Shown: one piece after another, positions 42,501 through 56,220 of the stretch
How the letters are laid out: each line of letters begins with the position of its first letter
Position numbering within the stretch: the first letter of the stretch is position 1
Assembly (NCBI GenBank): GCA_964016885.1
Contig: OZ024740.1
Span: 296,794,001 to 296,858,000, forward strand
DNA from: Eledone cirrhosa
Lineage: Eukaryota
Length of the DNA: 64,000 nt
Direction: 5' to 3'
Position numbers and translations under genes: made by a program
The notes under the pieces: generated by a model
The model's database searches: none
Seen by the model: only the letters and a program-made list of their open reading frames with translations
What the model was told of the DNA's origin: nothing

Positions 42501-43258
42501 CTTTTGCTTAACTAAATTGTTGACTCGGTCCCTGTAAGCCTTACGTACCGGAAATGACATGTTCAACTTCCAGTAACCCGGTCCTAACCTACGCGTTTTA
42601 TCTAGGTCGACCGTACAGATCACAAATTTACCAGCTCCCCCTCCTTTCTATTTTTCTCTAGCGCTAGTTCTTTGCTGAACTCTATCGAAGTTACTCTAAT
42701 CTCTCTTTTGAGAGCCCCCACCATCTGTTTTTGATGATCACCCCTGTCAACTTTTGCTTAACTAAATTGTTGACTCGGTCCCTGTAAGCCTTACGTACCA
42801 GAAATGACATGTTCAACTTCCAGTAACCCGGTCCTAACCTACGCGTTTTATCTAGGTCGACCGTACAGATCACAAATTTGTGATCTGAATAGGCGACCAT
42901 TTTAAAAAGTGGGCAGCCCACACTATTTCTATCTATTTTCCTAATGAAGATCCTGTCTATATACGATCTAGACGACCCCATTCGGTTGGTCCATGTCCAC
43001 ATTGGCACATTGGGGAAATCTAGTCGATACCTGTCAGACAGTTGGAACTGGCTGAGTAGGTGCTTGAGGCTTTTTCACCCCCGCTCCTATCGGCTACTCC
43101 CACACAATCCCAGCGTGCGTCTAAGATGCCATTCCAGTCACTCGCTAACAGTAAAGGGCGAGACGTACCCAGAAATGTCTCCAGGCGCCTAAAGAAGTCC
43201 GGTCGTCCGGTCCCTGTAGGGGCGTAGACAGCCAGCAGTCTAAAGGCACCACCTTCGC

Positions 43259-43260
<2 letters not shown>
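39600..43260 (-). mobile_element. Tx1/L1-clade LINE, 5'-truncated and frameshifted (APE endonuclease part, RT, C-terminal Cys domain, (ATT)n tail)
   Basis: VYAP, SYIDRIF, SDH, GYWKLN, PGLDGLPYE, NFRPITMLN, LDQSKAFDRV, VRQGCPLS, AYADDIT, GGLGMP, CPRC..ETVLHAL..CP. Confidence 0.92.
42381..42879. repeat. ~249-bp internal tandem duplication in the Tx1 ORF
   Basis: CCAGCTC.CCCTCCTTTCTATTTTTCTCTAGCGC...CACAAATTT occurs at ~42382-42629 and ~42631-42879. Confidence 0.9.
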
Positions 43261-43291
<31 letters not shown>

Positions 43292-43419
43292 CTTTCTTTA
43301 TTAACCACAAGGGTTTACATAAAGTAGACATTAAGGACAGTACAGGACAATACAGGACGGTACAAATGGGCATTTCTGCGTGTAAAATAACAATAATAAT
43401 AATAATAACAATAATAATA
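43261..43419 (-). mobile_element. Short Tx1 3'-tail fragment between (AAT)n tracts
   Basis: TTTCTTTATTAACCACAAGGG matches the Tx1 termini at ~39618 and ~46856. Confidence 0.65.
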
Positions 43420-46400
43420 GTTCGAATAACGGTGAAGTGGAGACTGGAATGTCATGTGACAGACTCTCACCCAGCAGGTGCTCCTTGGCTCAGCAGCAGG
43501 AACCTGGCTGTCAACCAAATACTGCTGGTGTCGGAGGAAGAAGAGGAAGGAAAGGGACCAGAACCAACTGGACGAAAGAATTGAATAGAACTGTTATGCA
43601 ATGTTACCTGAAGAGTAACCCCAAGGAAAAAGGCTATAGGAAACAGATGCACAACATCTGGAACTAGATTGGTCTATTTAAATTAGATGAACAAAAATTG
43701 GCCGGGCAGGCTCGGGTAATAAGAAGTAATGGGTGGATAAGCGAGCTGGAACTGGAGGAACTGAGCAGAGAGAGTAGGTTGGAAATGGAGAGTGGAGTAT
43801 TCCAGGCAAACGAGCCAGTGGGAAATGAAGGTGAAGAGGTTGAGGGAACGGAGGAACCATCCGAAGCAGACAATGATCTGAATGCTGAAATAAATAATAC
43901 CTGGAACAGAGATACGGCCATTGAGGAGATGAATTCTGACGGGCTAGGACAAGAGTTGGTTGATATCCTAAACTTAGTGGTAGATGAAATGAACAATGAT
44001 AGTGGGAGACCTATGAACGTAAGATTTGTAGACAGGAAAAAGTTAAAAGAAACAACAGCTAAGGTAAACAAAGTCATCCCATACCTTGAGGCTAGGAGCC
44101 TTCACCAGTGCAACAATATCCTCAAAGCAACAGCAAATGCGGTGAGGAAATTACTTGGCATAAAAACGAGAGGAAACAACAAACAAGAAAGATCAGAACC
44201 TTGGTGGAAGAAACGACTGAATGGTCAAATCAGGGAAATGAGAAATGACATTGGAAAGCTTGAGTCCCTACTGAATGGGACACTAAAAAACATAGACACT
44301 AAAAATAGATTGGAAATAAAGTACAAAACTAGGAGGAAAAAGCTAAATATTATCATAGAAGAACTGAAGCAACGCATTGTAGCAAAGAGTGCAAAAATTA
44401 GGCGATACGAGAGCAGAGTCAGTCAGTATAGACAGAACCGCATGTTTGACAACAACCAGAAGATGTTGTTTGGACAGCTTGAAGGGAAAGAAAGAGGCAA
44501 CGACTTGATCTCTGAGGCGGAACAAACTAAGACATTCTGGAGAGGAATATGGGAGCAGGATGTTAAACATAATGACCAGGCAGTGTGGATTAGGAGATAA
44601 TTGAACAGGCACACCAACAAACTGATTTGAGTATCACAGTTGAAACTCTAAAAAACTAACCAACAGGAAATCACCAGGCCCAGATGGTGTGCAGAGGTAT
44701 TGGATTAAAAATATAACATCCCTCCACCCGAAACTGACAACCATGTTCAATGACTGCTTGATGTCAGGTGAGGTACCAGAGTGGTTGACAAAAGGTACCA
44801 CAGTTCTGGTAATGAAAGACCGAATCAAGGGTAATGATGTTACCAACTATAGACCTATCACATGTCTGTCCGTAATGTGGAAACTGTTGACAAGAATAGT
44901 GTCTGAGGAAATCTACCATCACCTGCACACAAACAACTTGTTACCGGACGAACAGAAAGGATGCCGAAAGAAGTCCCGTGGTAGAAAGGACCAGTTACTT
45001 ATTGATAAGATGGTAATGAGGAATTGCAAGAGGAGACACATCTTGCAATGGGATGGATAGACTACAAAAAGGCATTTCACATGGTGCCTCATTCTTGGAT
45101 CACCAAAAGCCTAGAGATCTTCAGGGTGGCAGATAACATCAGACAGTTGTTGAGCAAAAGTATGAAGTCCTGGAAAACGGAGTTAACATCAGCTGGAGAA
45201 TCCTTGGGAGGCGTGAAGATCAAGAGAGGTATCTTCCAGGGAGATAGTCTGTCCCCTCTGTTGTTTGTTCTTGCCCTGATGCCCCTGACCATTATACTGC
45301 GAAAAGTGAGAGCAGGATACAAGTTGGGAAAGGGAGAGCTTACCATCAATCACCTCCTCTTCATGAACGATCTTAAGCTCTCCGGGAAGAGTGAGAAGGA
45401 GTTGGATGTGGTTGTTGACACTGTCCGTATTTTCAGCAATGATATATGTATGCAATTTGTTATTAGTAAGTGTGGAGTCCTTGTGATGAAGAGGGATAAA
45501 TTGAGCAGACGGAATCCAGGTACCAACAGGTGAAATGATAAAGGAAATTGACACTGAAGAAGGATACAAGTATTTGGGTGTTCTGGAGGCTGATGACATC
45601 AAGAACAAAAAAATGAAGGAATTGATAAGATCTGAATACATTCGGAGAATAAGGAGCGTATTAAAGTCACATCTGAACAGTAGGAATGCCATAAGTGCAG
45701 TAAATTCCCGAGCTGTGAATGTTGCTGAGCAAAAAGAAATGGATAGGAAGACTAGGAAGCTATTGGTTATCTACAACATGTTCCACAAGAGGAGTGATGT
45801 CCATAGACTCTACTTAAGGAGATCTGAAGGTGGAAGAGGTCTTATCAGCATAGAGGACTGTGTTCAGATGGAGAAAAACAACCTACACAAATACATGACC
45901 GATAGTAAGGAGCCAATGCTCAGAATTGTACTGAAGGAGAGGACAATAGACCAGGGGATGTCCAAGGAGGAAATAACAACAAGGAGAAAGAGCAGCCTTC
46001 ATGAAAAATCCCTTCCTAGTACCTTCTTTGAGAAAACGGAATTCAGAGATCCACAGACATGGAACTGGTTGAAAAGAGGAGACCTTAAAAAGGCTACAGA
46101 AGGAATGATAATGGCTGCGCAAGAGCAGGCCCTCAAAACGAAGTGACTGAAACACCATTTTTACAAGGAGGAGGCTAGCCCACTGTGCAGAATCTGTGGA
46201 GAGAGAGAGAGGAGACTGTGGCTCACATTGTATCCGAGTGTAAACACCTAGCCCAGACTCACTAGAAAGGCTGGAGACATGATGTGATGGGCAGGGTGAT
46301 CCACTGGCACCTATGCAAAGTAAACACTTTACCACATTCTGATAAGTGGTATGAGCATAAACCAGAGTCGGTGATAGAAAACGATCAGGTGAAGGTGCCG

Positions 46401-46830
46401 TGGGATTTTAGGATACAGACGGACAAGAAACTGGAACACAATAGACTGACCTGGTGGTTTTGGACAAGGAAAAAAGATCATGCCTGATTGTGAATGTGGC
46501 CTGCCCATTCGACACGAGAGTGCAAGAGAAGGAGAGGGAGAAAATTAACCGATACCAAGACTTAAAGTGGGAGGTAAAAAGATTTGGAACTGCCATGAGG
46601 TCAAAGTGGTCCTGATTGTCATAGGCGCACTAGGTAATATCTCAAGGAGTTTCCAGGGTTGGTTAAAGAAAATTGGCCCCGCCCCGCTTTTTGGAACACT
46701 TCAAAAGGCATGCTTGATGGGAACAGCAGGAACCCTCCGATACGTCCTGAATATCTGAGGCTGCAGGTAGTGGCTTGATATTCATTTCAACAAACTTTCC
46801 AGTTAAATAACATCAATGACTGAGACTCAA
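43420..46830 (+). mobile_element. Dong/R4-clade non-LTR retrotransposon (RT plus restriction-like endonuclease), degraded, in (TAA)n
   Basis: PWWKKRL, KSPGPDG, NYRPITCLS, EQKGCR, WIDYKKAF, GIFQGDSLSPLLF, INHLLFMNDLKL, YKYLG, CRICGE..ETVAHIVSEC, RHD, WDFRIQTD, VACP. AAT repeats on both flanks. Confidence 0.88.
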
Positions 46831-46852
46831 ATAATAATAATAATAATAATAA

Positions 46853-47915
46853 TGATTTCTTTATTGGCCACAAGGGCTGACATCAGGAAAAATATTGCAG
46901 ACGGCACAGGACGGTATGATATGGGTTTTGTGCGTGTAAATATTTTTATTATTTATATAAGAAAAGAAAAAAAAGACATAGAAACATATATATATATATA
47001 TAAACAATAAAAATGAAAATTGAAACAATGAAAAATTCCCCAATAGGGGGGAAACTTCCGAGGGTTACTCGTGGCGAAAACCACACAAAATACCATCGCC
47101 ACCCTGACCACCAGGGCAAGCGCCCTCTCTCAATTTTTCCATTTCTCAAACTACAGACGTATATTCAGAGCGGTCCCGATCACTCGGACCATTCTCGCTA
47201 CATTCACCCACCTTTCAACAAACTTGCTAGAAGGCAGCACTTGCCTCTCCACCCTGATTTTCCTCTTCAAGTGAAACTTGAAAAAGTTAATTAGGGATTC
47301 GCCGAAGAGGAAAGTGTCTGTCTTTAACCCTTTCAACCTTGTCCACCACACAATCTCTTTCGCCATGGCCACCAGACAGATGAAAACCGCCTGCCCTTCC
47401 TCCTCGAAGGAAGACGGCGAGACCATCTGCACAATGGACTCAGTCGATAACCGGATCAGTCCTACACTCGACAGTAATTGTTCGACATAGCTCCACAAGT
47501 CAGCAATGCTCGGGCACTGAAGGAGTGCGTGCACGACTGTTTCGTCGCTCTGCGCGCATCTCGGACAGGCTCGGCTGACGGCACTTCCATGCCTGTAGAG
47601 CTTATCTCGAACTGGCAGCGCTCCCCGGTAGCACTGCCAGGCCAGGGATTTTTGGAAGTTATCCATAGGCCCTGGGCTGAAAGTTCTCCGGAAGAGAGCA
47701 AACAGCTGATCTTCTTCAACGCCCAGGATCTCTCCGAGAACGTCGTCTCTCTTCCCCTCCACTAGTCCTCTATAGAACGCCGAGGTGGATGTTCCACCGA
47801 TACTGGTGCCCAGCTGGCAGAGGGCAGTGAGCGCCTGGAGATATTCCAGTTTCCAAGCGCTATCCCTCGGTCTTTTTCTGACCCAGGACTGCAGCTCCGT
47901 CAAGGAGACCAGTAA
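46853..47915 (-). mobile_element. 5'-truncated Tx1/L1-like LINE 3' end (250-aa C-terminal ORF fragment plus 3' UTR)
   Basis: ORF 47151-47903 is homologous to 39897-40640 (CPRCAQSDETVVHALLQCP) and has the same tail. Confidence 0.9.
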
Positions 47916-48131
47916 TACACTATTAATAATTATTAATTAATGCAATCGTGCAATGCCTGTGCGTGACGAATATTTTTAAAGTCAGGAATGACTGTGCACT
48001 GAGCCAAACCCACTCCCTGAGCGACAGTAGCTATAACCCGAAAAGAAGAAAAGATCAACATCATCGGTAACTACAGAGTCGCAGGTTTTATGTCGGAGTT
48101 AACCCAGTTTCCTGAGATGCCTTCTCCTAGA

Positions 48132-48900
48132 TCGGGATGACTTCTAACAGTTTTAAGACTCGCTGGTACGCCCATACACATTCGTTCCGGCGCCCAGACA
48201 AATCTAATCAAACTACACTCGCCGCCCACATCTGGCACCTTAAAAGGAACTCCATCCCCTTCAAGACCCAATGGAGGCTACTCCAGAGAGCGCGATCCTA
48301 CACGGGAGGCCATAATTGCTGTGACCTCTGTATCTCCGAGAGCTATGAGATTCTATTCGCCAAAGGCCCTCTCCTCAACAAGATCTCGGAACACTCCCCC
48401 AATTGCATGCACAAGAACTATGCAAATTACAAAAACTACAGAACCACCCGGCTCCCCGACTGCCCCCCCCCCCCATATCACCACCCCACCCCCGTCCCCC
48501 ATCCCACTTCTGTCCCTCCATCTCTCATTATTACCTTCTTTCCTCCCCTCTATCTCTCATTATTACCTTTTTTCCTCCCCTCCAGGTCTTATATATTGTG
48601 TTGTATGCCTCTGAGTAAGGTTCCGTGGCCGCACACACAAATTCACGTATATAGCTGCTCATGTATGCATACGTGCAGTTATGAACTGCTGCACGCACAC
48701 GTTCGAGATTAATTTATTTATCTATTTATTTGTATATTTATTTATTTATTTATTTATTTATTTAGTTACTTTATTTATTTATTTATCTATTTATTTATTT
48801 ATTTATTTATTTATTTGCTTGTTTATTTGTTTATCTGTTTGTTTGTTTGTTTGTTTGTTAACTCATTCATTTATTTATTTATTAATGAGTGAGTGATTGG
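48132..48900 (+). mobile_element. 5'-truncated Naiad-like PLE fragment (GIY-YIG C-terminal half plus 3' UTR with (ATTT)n)
   Basis: IGMTSNSFKTRWYAH...LAAHIWHLK...CDLCISE...LLNKISE..CMHK aligns with the other two PLE ORFs. The right boundary is uncertain. Confidence 0.85.
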
Positions 48901-49177
48901 GTAATGAATAGATAAAAGATAAAAGATAGGTAACGAATAGTGAATGGTAAATAGTAAATAATAAATAGTAATTAATTACTTGATGATAATATTAATAACT
49001 TAGTAGTGATATTAATTATTTTAATCTGGCTCAGTTTATAATTTGTCCCACTACCTTTTCCCAATATATTATAGATACTTGTATGTGTACGAACGAGTGC
49101 GTGTATGTGTATATGTGTTTATGTGTACATATTTGTATGTATGTATGTATATGTATGCGGGTGTGCTTGTATATGTG

Positions 49178-49244
<67 letters not shown>

Positions 49245-49732
49245 AAATGTGTGTAATCCTTGGTACAGTTAGGTATATTAAGACAGGGGTGAAGAAAAAA
49301 TGGCTTCACTTGTGCTTTCAACAAATTTATTTTCTTCACAAAATCCAAAAAGAATGTTTCTTAAAAAAAATTATTTTATAAATTAAGTTGTTGGTTGTTG
49401 GTTAGGTCTTAGGACACACACACATACACACACACACACATATATGTATGTGTGTGTGTGTGTATGCCTCTCTCTTTATATGTGTATATATATATATAGA
49501 TGTATGTGTGTATGTGTGTGTATGTATGCATGTGTGAACGGAGGGGTATATATACGGACATATGTATATGTGTGTGTGTGTGCGTGTGTGTGTGTACACA
49601 CGTGCGTGTGTGTGTGTGTGTGTGTATGTGTGCGTGTATGTGTGTATATATGTATATTTAGTTATGTATCTTTATGTGTGTATATGTATGTATGTGTATG
49701 TAGGTATATGTATGTATATATGTATATATATA

Positions 49733-51102
49733 TATATGATTTTTAATGCAATGAAATATCTATGATCGTCGGCAAATCACTGATGAGGGACTTATTTTAT
49801 TACATGTTATCCATGTGCAACCAGCAGTATTCTTCTCCCCATTTTTTCACATATATATGTGTGTGTATGTGTGTATATGTATATATGTGTGTATGTATGT
49901 GGTTTTGTGTGTGTGTATGTATGTGTATGTATGTATGTGTGTGCATATGTATGTATATGTATGTATAGTATAGTTTATACCGAGAGACATACATACATGT
50001 ATGTGTGTATATATGTATGTGTAGATATATATGTATGTATGTGTATATATATATATATGTGTGTGTATGCAATTATATATGTGTGTGTATGTGTATGCGT
50101 GTGTATGTGTATATTTGTGTGTATGTGTTTTTCCTTGTGTGTATATATATGTGTATATATGTATGTATATATATATATATATATATTTCCTCACACTTCC
50201 ACTCACTCACTGTTTCTCCTCTTCTCACTTCACCCCGTTCGTGACGAAAACATTTTCTCTCTTTCTCACATTTGGATTCGTTCCCGAAAGGTCTTTTTTC
50301 TAAGCCCTCATATATTCACCTAGCTTATGCTAACATAATAACTATGAAGCTTGTTCCCTTCCTTCTACGGTTAGCTCTCCTCTTTGTTGTTATCTTGTCT
50401 CACTAGCTTTACGCGTTTTAATTGTCCTAATAACTTAATTTAGTTATTATTGCACCGACGTGAGGTATATGATTTTTAATGCAATGAAATATCTATGATC
50501 GTCGGCAAATCACTGATGAGGGGCTTATTTTATTACATGTTATCCATGTGCAACCTGCAGTATTCTTCTCCCCATTTTTTCACATATATTTACCTAAACT
50601 GCGATTCTGTTTTTTTCTCTCTCTCTCTCTCTCTCTTACTGCTCCCTCGTTCTCTCTGTTTCTCCTACTTTCTTTCGCCCCCTCTGTCATGTCAGTTAAC
50701 TCTTCCTCACACTTCCACTCACTCACTCACTGTTTCTCCTCTTCTCACTTCACCCCGTTCGTGACGAAAACATTTTCTCTCTTTCTCACATTTGGATTCG
50801 TTCCCGAAAGGTCTTTTTTCTAAGCGCTCATATATTCACCTAGCTTATGCTAACAGAATAACTATGAAGCTTGTTCCCTTCCTTCTACGGTTAGCTCTCC
50901 TCTTTGTTGTTATCTTGTCTCACTCACTTTACTCGTTTTAATTGTCCTAATAACTTAATTTAGTTATTATCGCACCGACGTGAGGTATATGATTTTTAAT
51001 GCAATGAAATATCTATGATCGTCGGCAAATCACTGATGAGGGACTTATTTTATTACATGTTATCCATGTGCAACCTGCAGTATTCTTCTCCCCATTTTTT
51101 CA
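49733..51102. repeat. ~520-bp tandem repeat (about 2.5 copies, the first interrupted by microsatellite) in TA/TG repeats
   Basis: TATATGATTTTTAATGCAATGAAATATC occurs at ~49733, 50466 and 50986. TTCCTCACACTTCCACTC occurs at ~50187 and ~50703. Confidence 0.9.
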
Positions 51103-51194
51103 TATATATATATATGTGTGTATAGGTATGCATATATATATATATATGTGTGTGTAAGTGTTTATGTATGTGGTTGTGAGTATGTAAATATATT

Positions 51195-51408
51195 TGATTC
51201 TTTCCATTCTACAAAAACACTCTGGCCACCTGTGGTTTGTATGTTAACTTAACCACTCACCTCAGTCTGTGCCATGATTCGGTCTTGTTTATCTTCTATT
51301 ACCAACCCACCTAAAAAAAGTTCCTACTATATATCTGTTGAATTACTATTCTTTGGGTTTTTATTTATTTATTTTTATTTATTTATTCATTTATCTATTT
51401 ATTCATTT

Positions 51409-51439
<31 letters not shown>

Positions 51440-51801
51440 TTTTATTTACTTATTTATATATTTACTTTTTCTTTTTTTTTTCTTTTCCTTTTATTTCAAA
51501 AAAGCACTCTGGCTAATTGACCACTCCCCAAAGCAAAAACGGCCTGTGCCATGTTGTGGTCCTGTGTATCTAAATACCATCCTACCCCAAAAATCCCCCC
51601 CTCCAGCCACGACCCCTCCCTTACCACTACCTAAATGTATAAATACCAGAACTTAATATGACACCCAGCTTCCTGAAGATTTCATCTGAATGAAACAGTA
51701 CTAGTCCTGTAGAAGCTCCTTCTATACAATAAATATATTTTACTCTGCCATGTATTGAGTACCTTACTTACTGTGGTTAGCCCGACTCAACCCGGGACCT
51801 A
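51195..51801 (+). mobile_element. Solo PLE 3' UTR/pLTR fragment
   Basis: (ATTT)n tract, then a hammerhead, AATAAA at 51728, and an end in (TA)n. Confidence 0.65.
51667..51717 (+). ncRNA. Type I hammerhead ribozyme
   Basis: AGCTTC-CTGAAGA-tTTCAtcTGAAt-GAAA-CAG tactagtc CTG-TA-GAAGCT, with a perfect 6-bp stem I and a GUA cleavage triplet. Confidence 0.88.
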
Positions 51802-51823
51802 CGTATATATATATATATATATA

Positions 51824-54272
<2,449 letters not shown>

Positions 54273-54331
54273 ATATATATATATATATTTTTATGAAAGT
54301 AAACCAAAGAAGCCTTCAATACATCAAAAGT

Positions 54332-54385
54332 CTTTATTAGCCAACAATGTTTCGTCCTATTAAGGACTCATCAGGGCAATTAAAG
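54332..54385 (-). ncRNA. Minimal type I hammerhead ribozyme (3' pLTR of element 2)
   Basis: Minus strand reads CUUUAAUUGCC-CUGAUGA-GUCCU uaau AGGAC-GAAA-CauuG-UU-GGCUAAUAAAG. Confidence 0.9.
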
Positions 54386-56220
54386 CTATAAGAAACACTA
54401 TCGGCCAATACAAGCCAAAAAACTCAGAAGAATATGGAGTGTACAAATTTTAAAGCATAGGAAAATATCAAGTAAAAATTGCTAAGGAAGTGAATAAAAT
54501 TTTGAACCATATTACAAATATAGTCCAATGCAAAAACTAAAGCTAAACAAAGGTGGTATTATAGAGCGGGAATTATTGCACTATATATAATATAATATAA
54601 TTGATAATAATAATAATAATAAAATTATTAAAAGGCCCAATATATACATATATATATATATATACATATGTACACACATATACATATATATCAATACACA
54701 TTTCCAAGCACAGACTAACCCTTATTAAGAGTTTATATATAAATAAGAATAATAATAAGAAGAAGAAAAATAAAGATAAAAATAAAGATAAAAATATAAT
54801 ACATATATTATTTACAGTATAAAATGAAGAATAAATGATTAAAAGTAAACATATAATACATATTAAAACTATATAATTATATAATAGATAATCTCCGGTT
54901 AATTTGTACAAACAATATAAATGTTACAATAACGCTATAATAATAATATTATAATATAATGGCATATAACTTAACAAATCATATAGAGTTACAGACCGGG
55001 TGAGAAAAATATTGTACAGAACTAAATTATGTTGGAAAAATTATGTTGGAAAAATATCAAAATAGGTATACATCTGTATACATATGTTGGTAGATATACT
55101 AATTCTCTATATTTATCTCCAAATTATTTGTTGAACAAAACTTGCCGAAATTACTACTATCGTTCATGGTAGTAGTTAGGCTCTTGTCTTATTACCACTC
55201 CAAGAAAAACAGATGGAGGTCAAATTTCTATACAATAGGTGTAAATAAATATTATCCAAACATTACAAAAATTATAAAAATACAAACATATTACAGAATT
55301 TACAAAATTAACATAACATAATGGTACATTTAATAATCGGTAAATAATATAGATCAGTAGTACGTTTACAAAGAGTGGAATGATATAAAACTTCAATATA
55401 AAATATTGAACATAGTATAATATACATAATTACGTGGTTGGTGGAGAGACATTTGTGAATAAGTGAATGAGAACCAGACAGAAAACTACGCACGGTAGTA
55501 TAAATATATAAATAAAATCAACCGGAAATCGAAAAACAAAAACAAAAGTATTTACTTAGGTGTCACATGCAGTTAAGTAAAAAATTTAGGAAACAAACCC
55601 GGATAAATGACTAGAAAACCCCATTAAATTAATTAATATTGAAAGTATCTAAAATACATAATAAGTCAATACAAAATTAGCTATGGTTTAAGTAATCAAA
55701 ATCTCTAAATTTTAAGATATGACTATAAAAACATCTGGAAAAGGATGAAATATTCAACTATCAGTTGAATAACGTTATCTACTAAACAGACTTTAAATAG
55801 AATTATGGTAGGCCAATGGGGACAGAAAAAGAAATGTATGAAGGATACGAAGGAGCATAAAATCATAATCAATATACTGTATAATACAATAGAAAGAAGC
55901 ATAAAAGGGAATAGAATATAATTATAGTATATTTGAAGGGGCGAATGACAAGTGTGTGTGTGTGGGAGGGGGGGGGGGGTTAGTTATCCAAAGAAGAATC
56001 CAAATAAAATAAAATAATATAAAATAAAATATATAATCTGATATAAACTCTTAATGTGTTAATAGTGAAAATATAATATTTAAGAAGATAGATATGGTAT
56101 GGTACCCAAAAGACTATGAAAGCTAGAATGAAAAGCTGTTAAAAACCAATAATAATAATGATGATAATGATGGTGGTAAACAAAATGAATCTAAACTAAA
56201 AAGATAAGGGAATATAGCGG

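Noticed and set aside
50455-50506. SECIS-like stem (GTGAG...AA...TGAT closed by CCGACG/CGTCGG)
   Set aside because: Helix II pairs poorly and there is no linked UGA-containing ORF.
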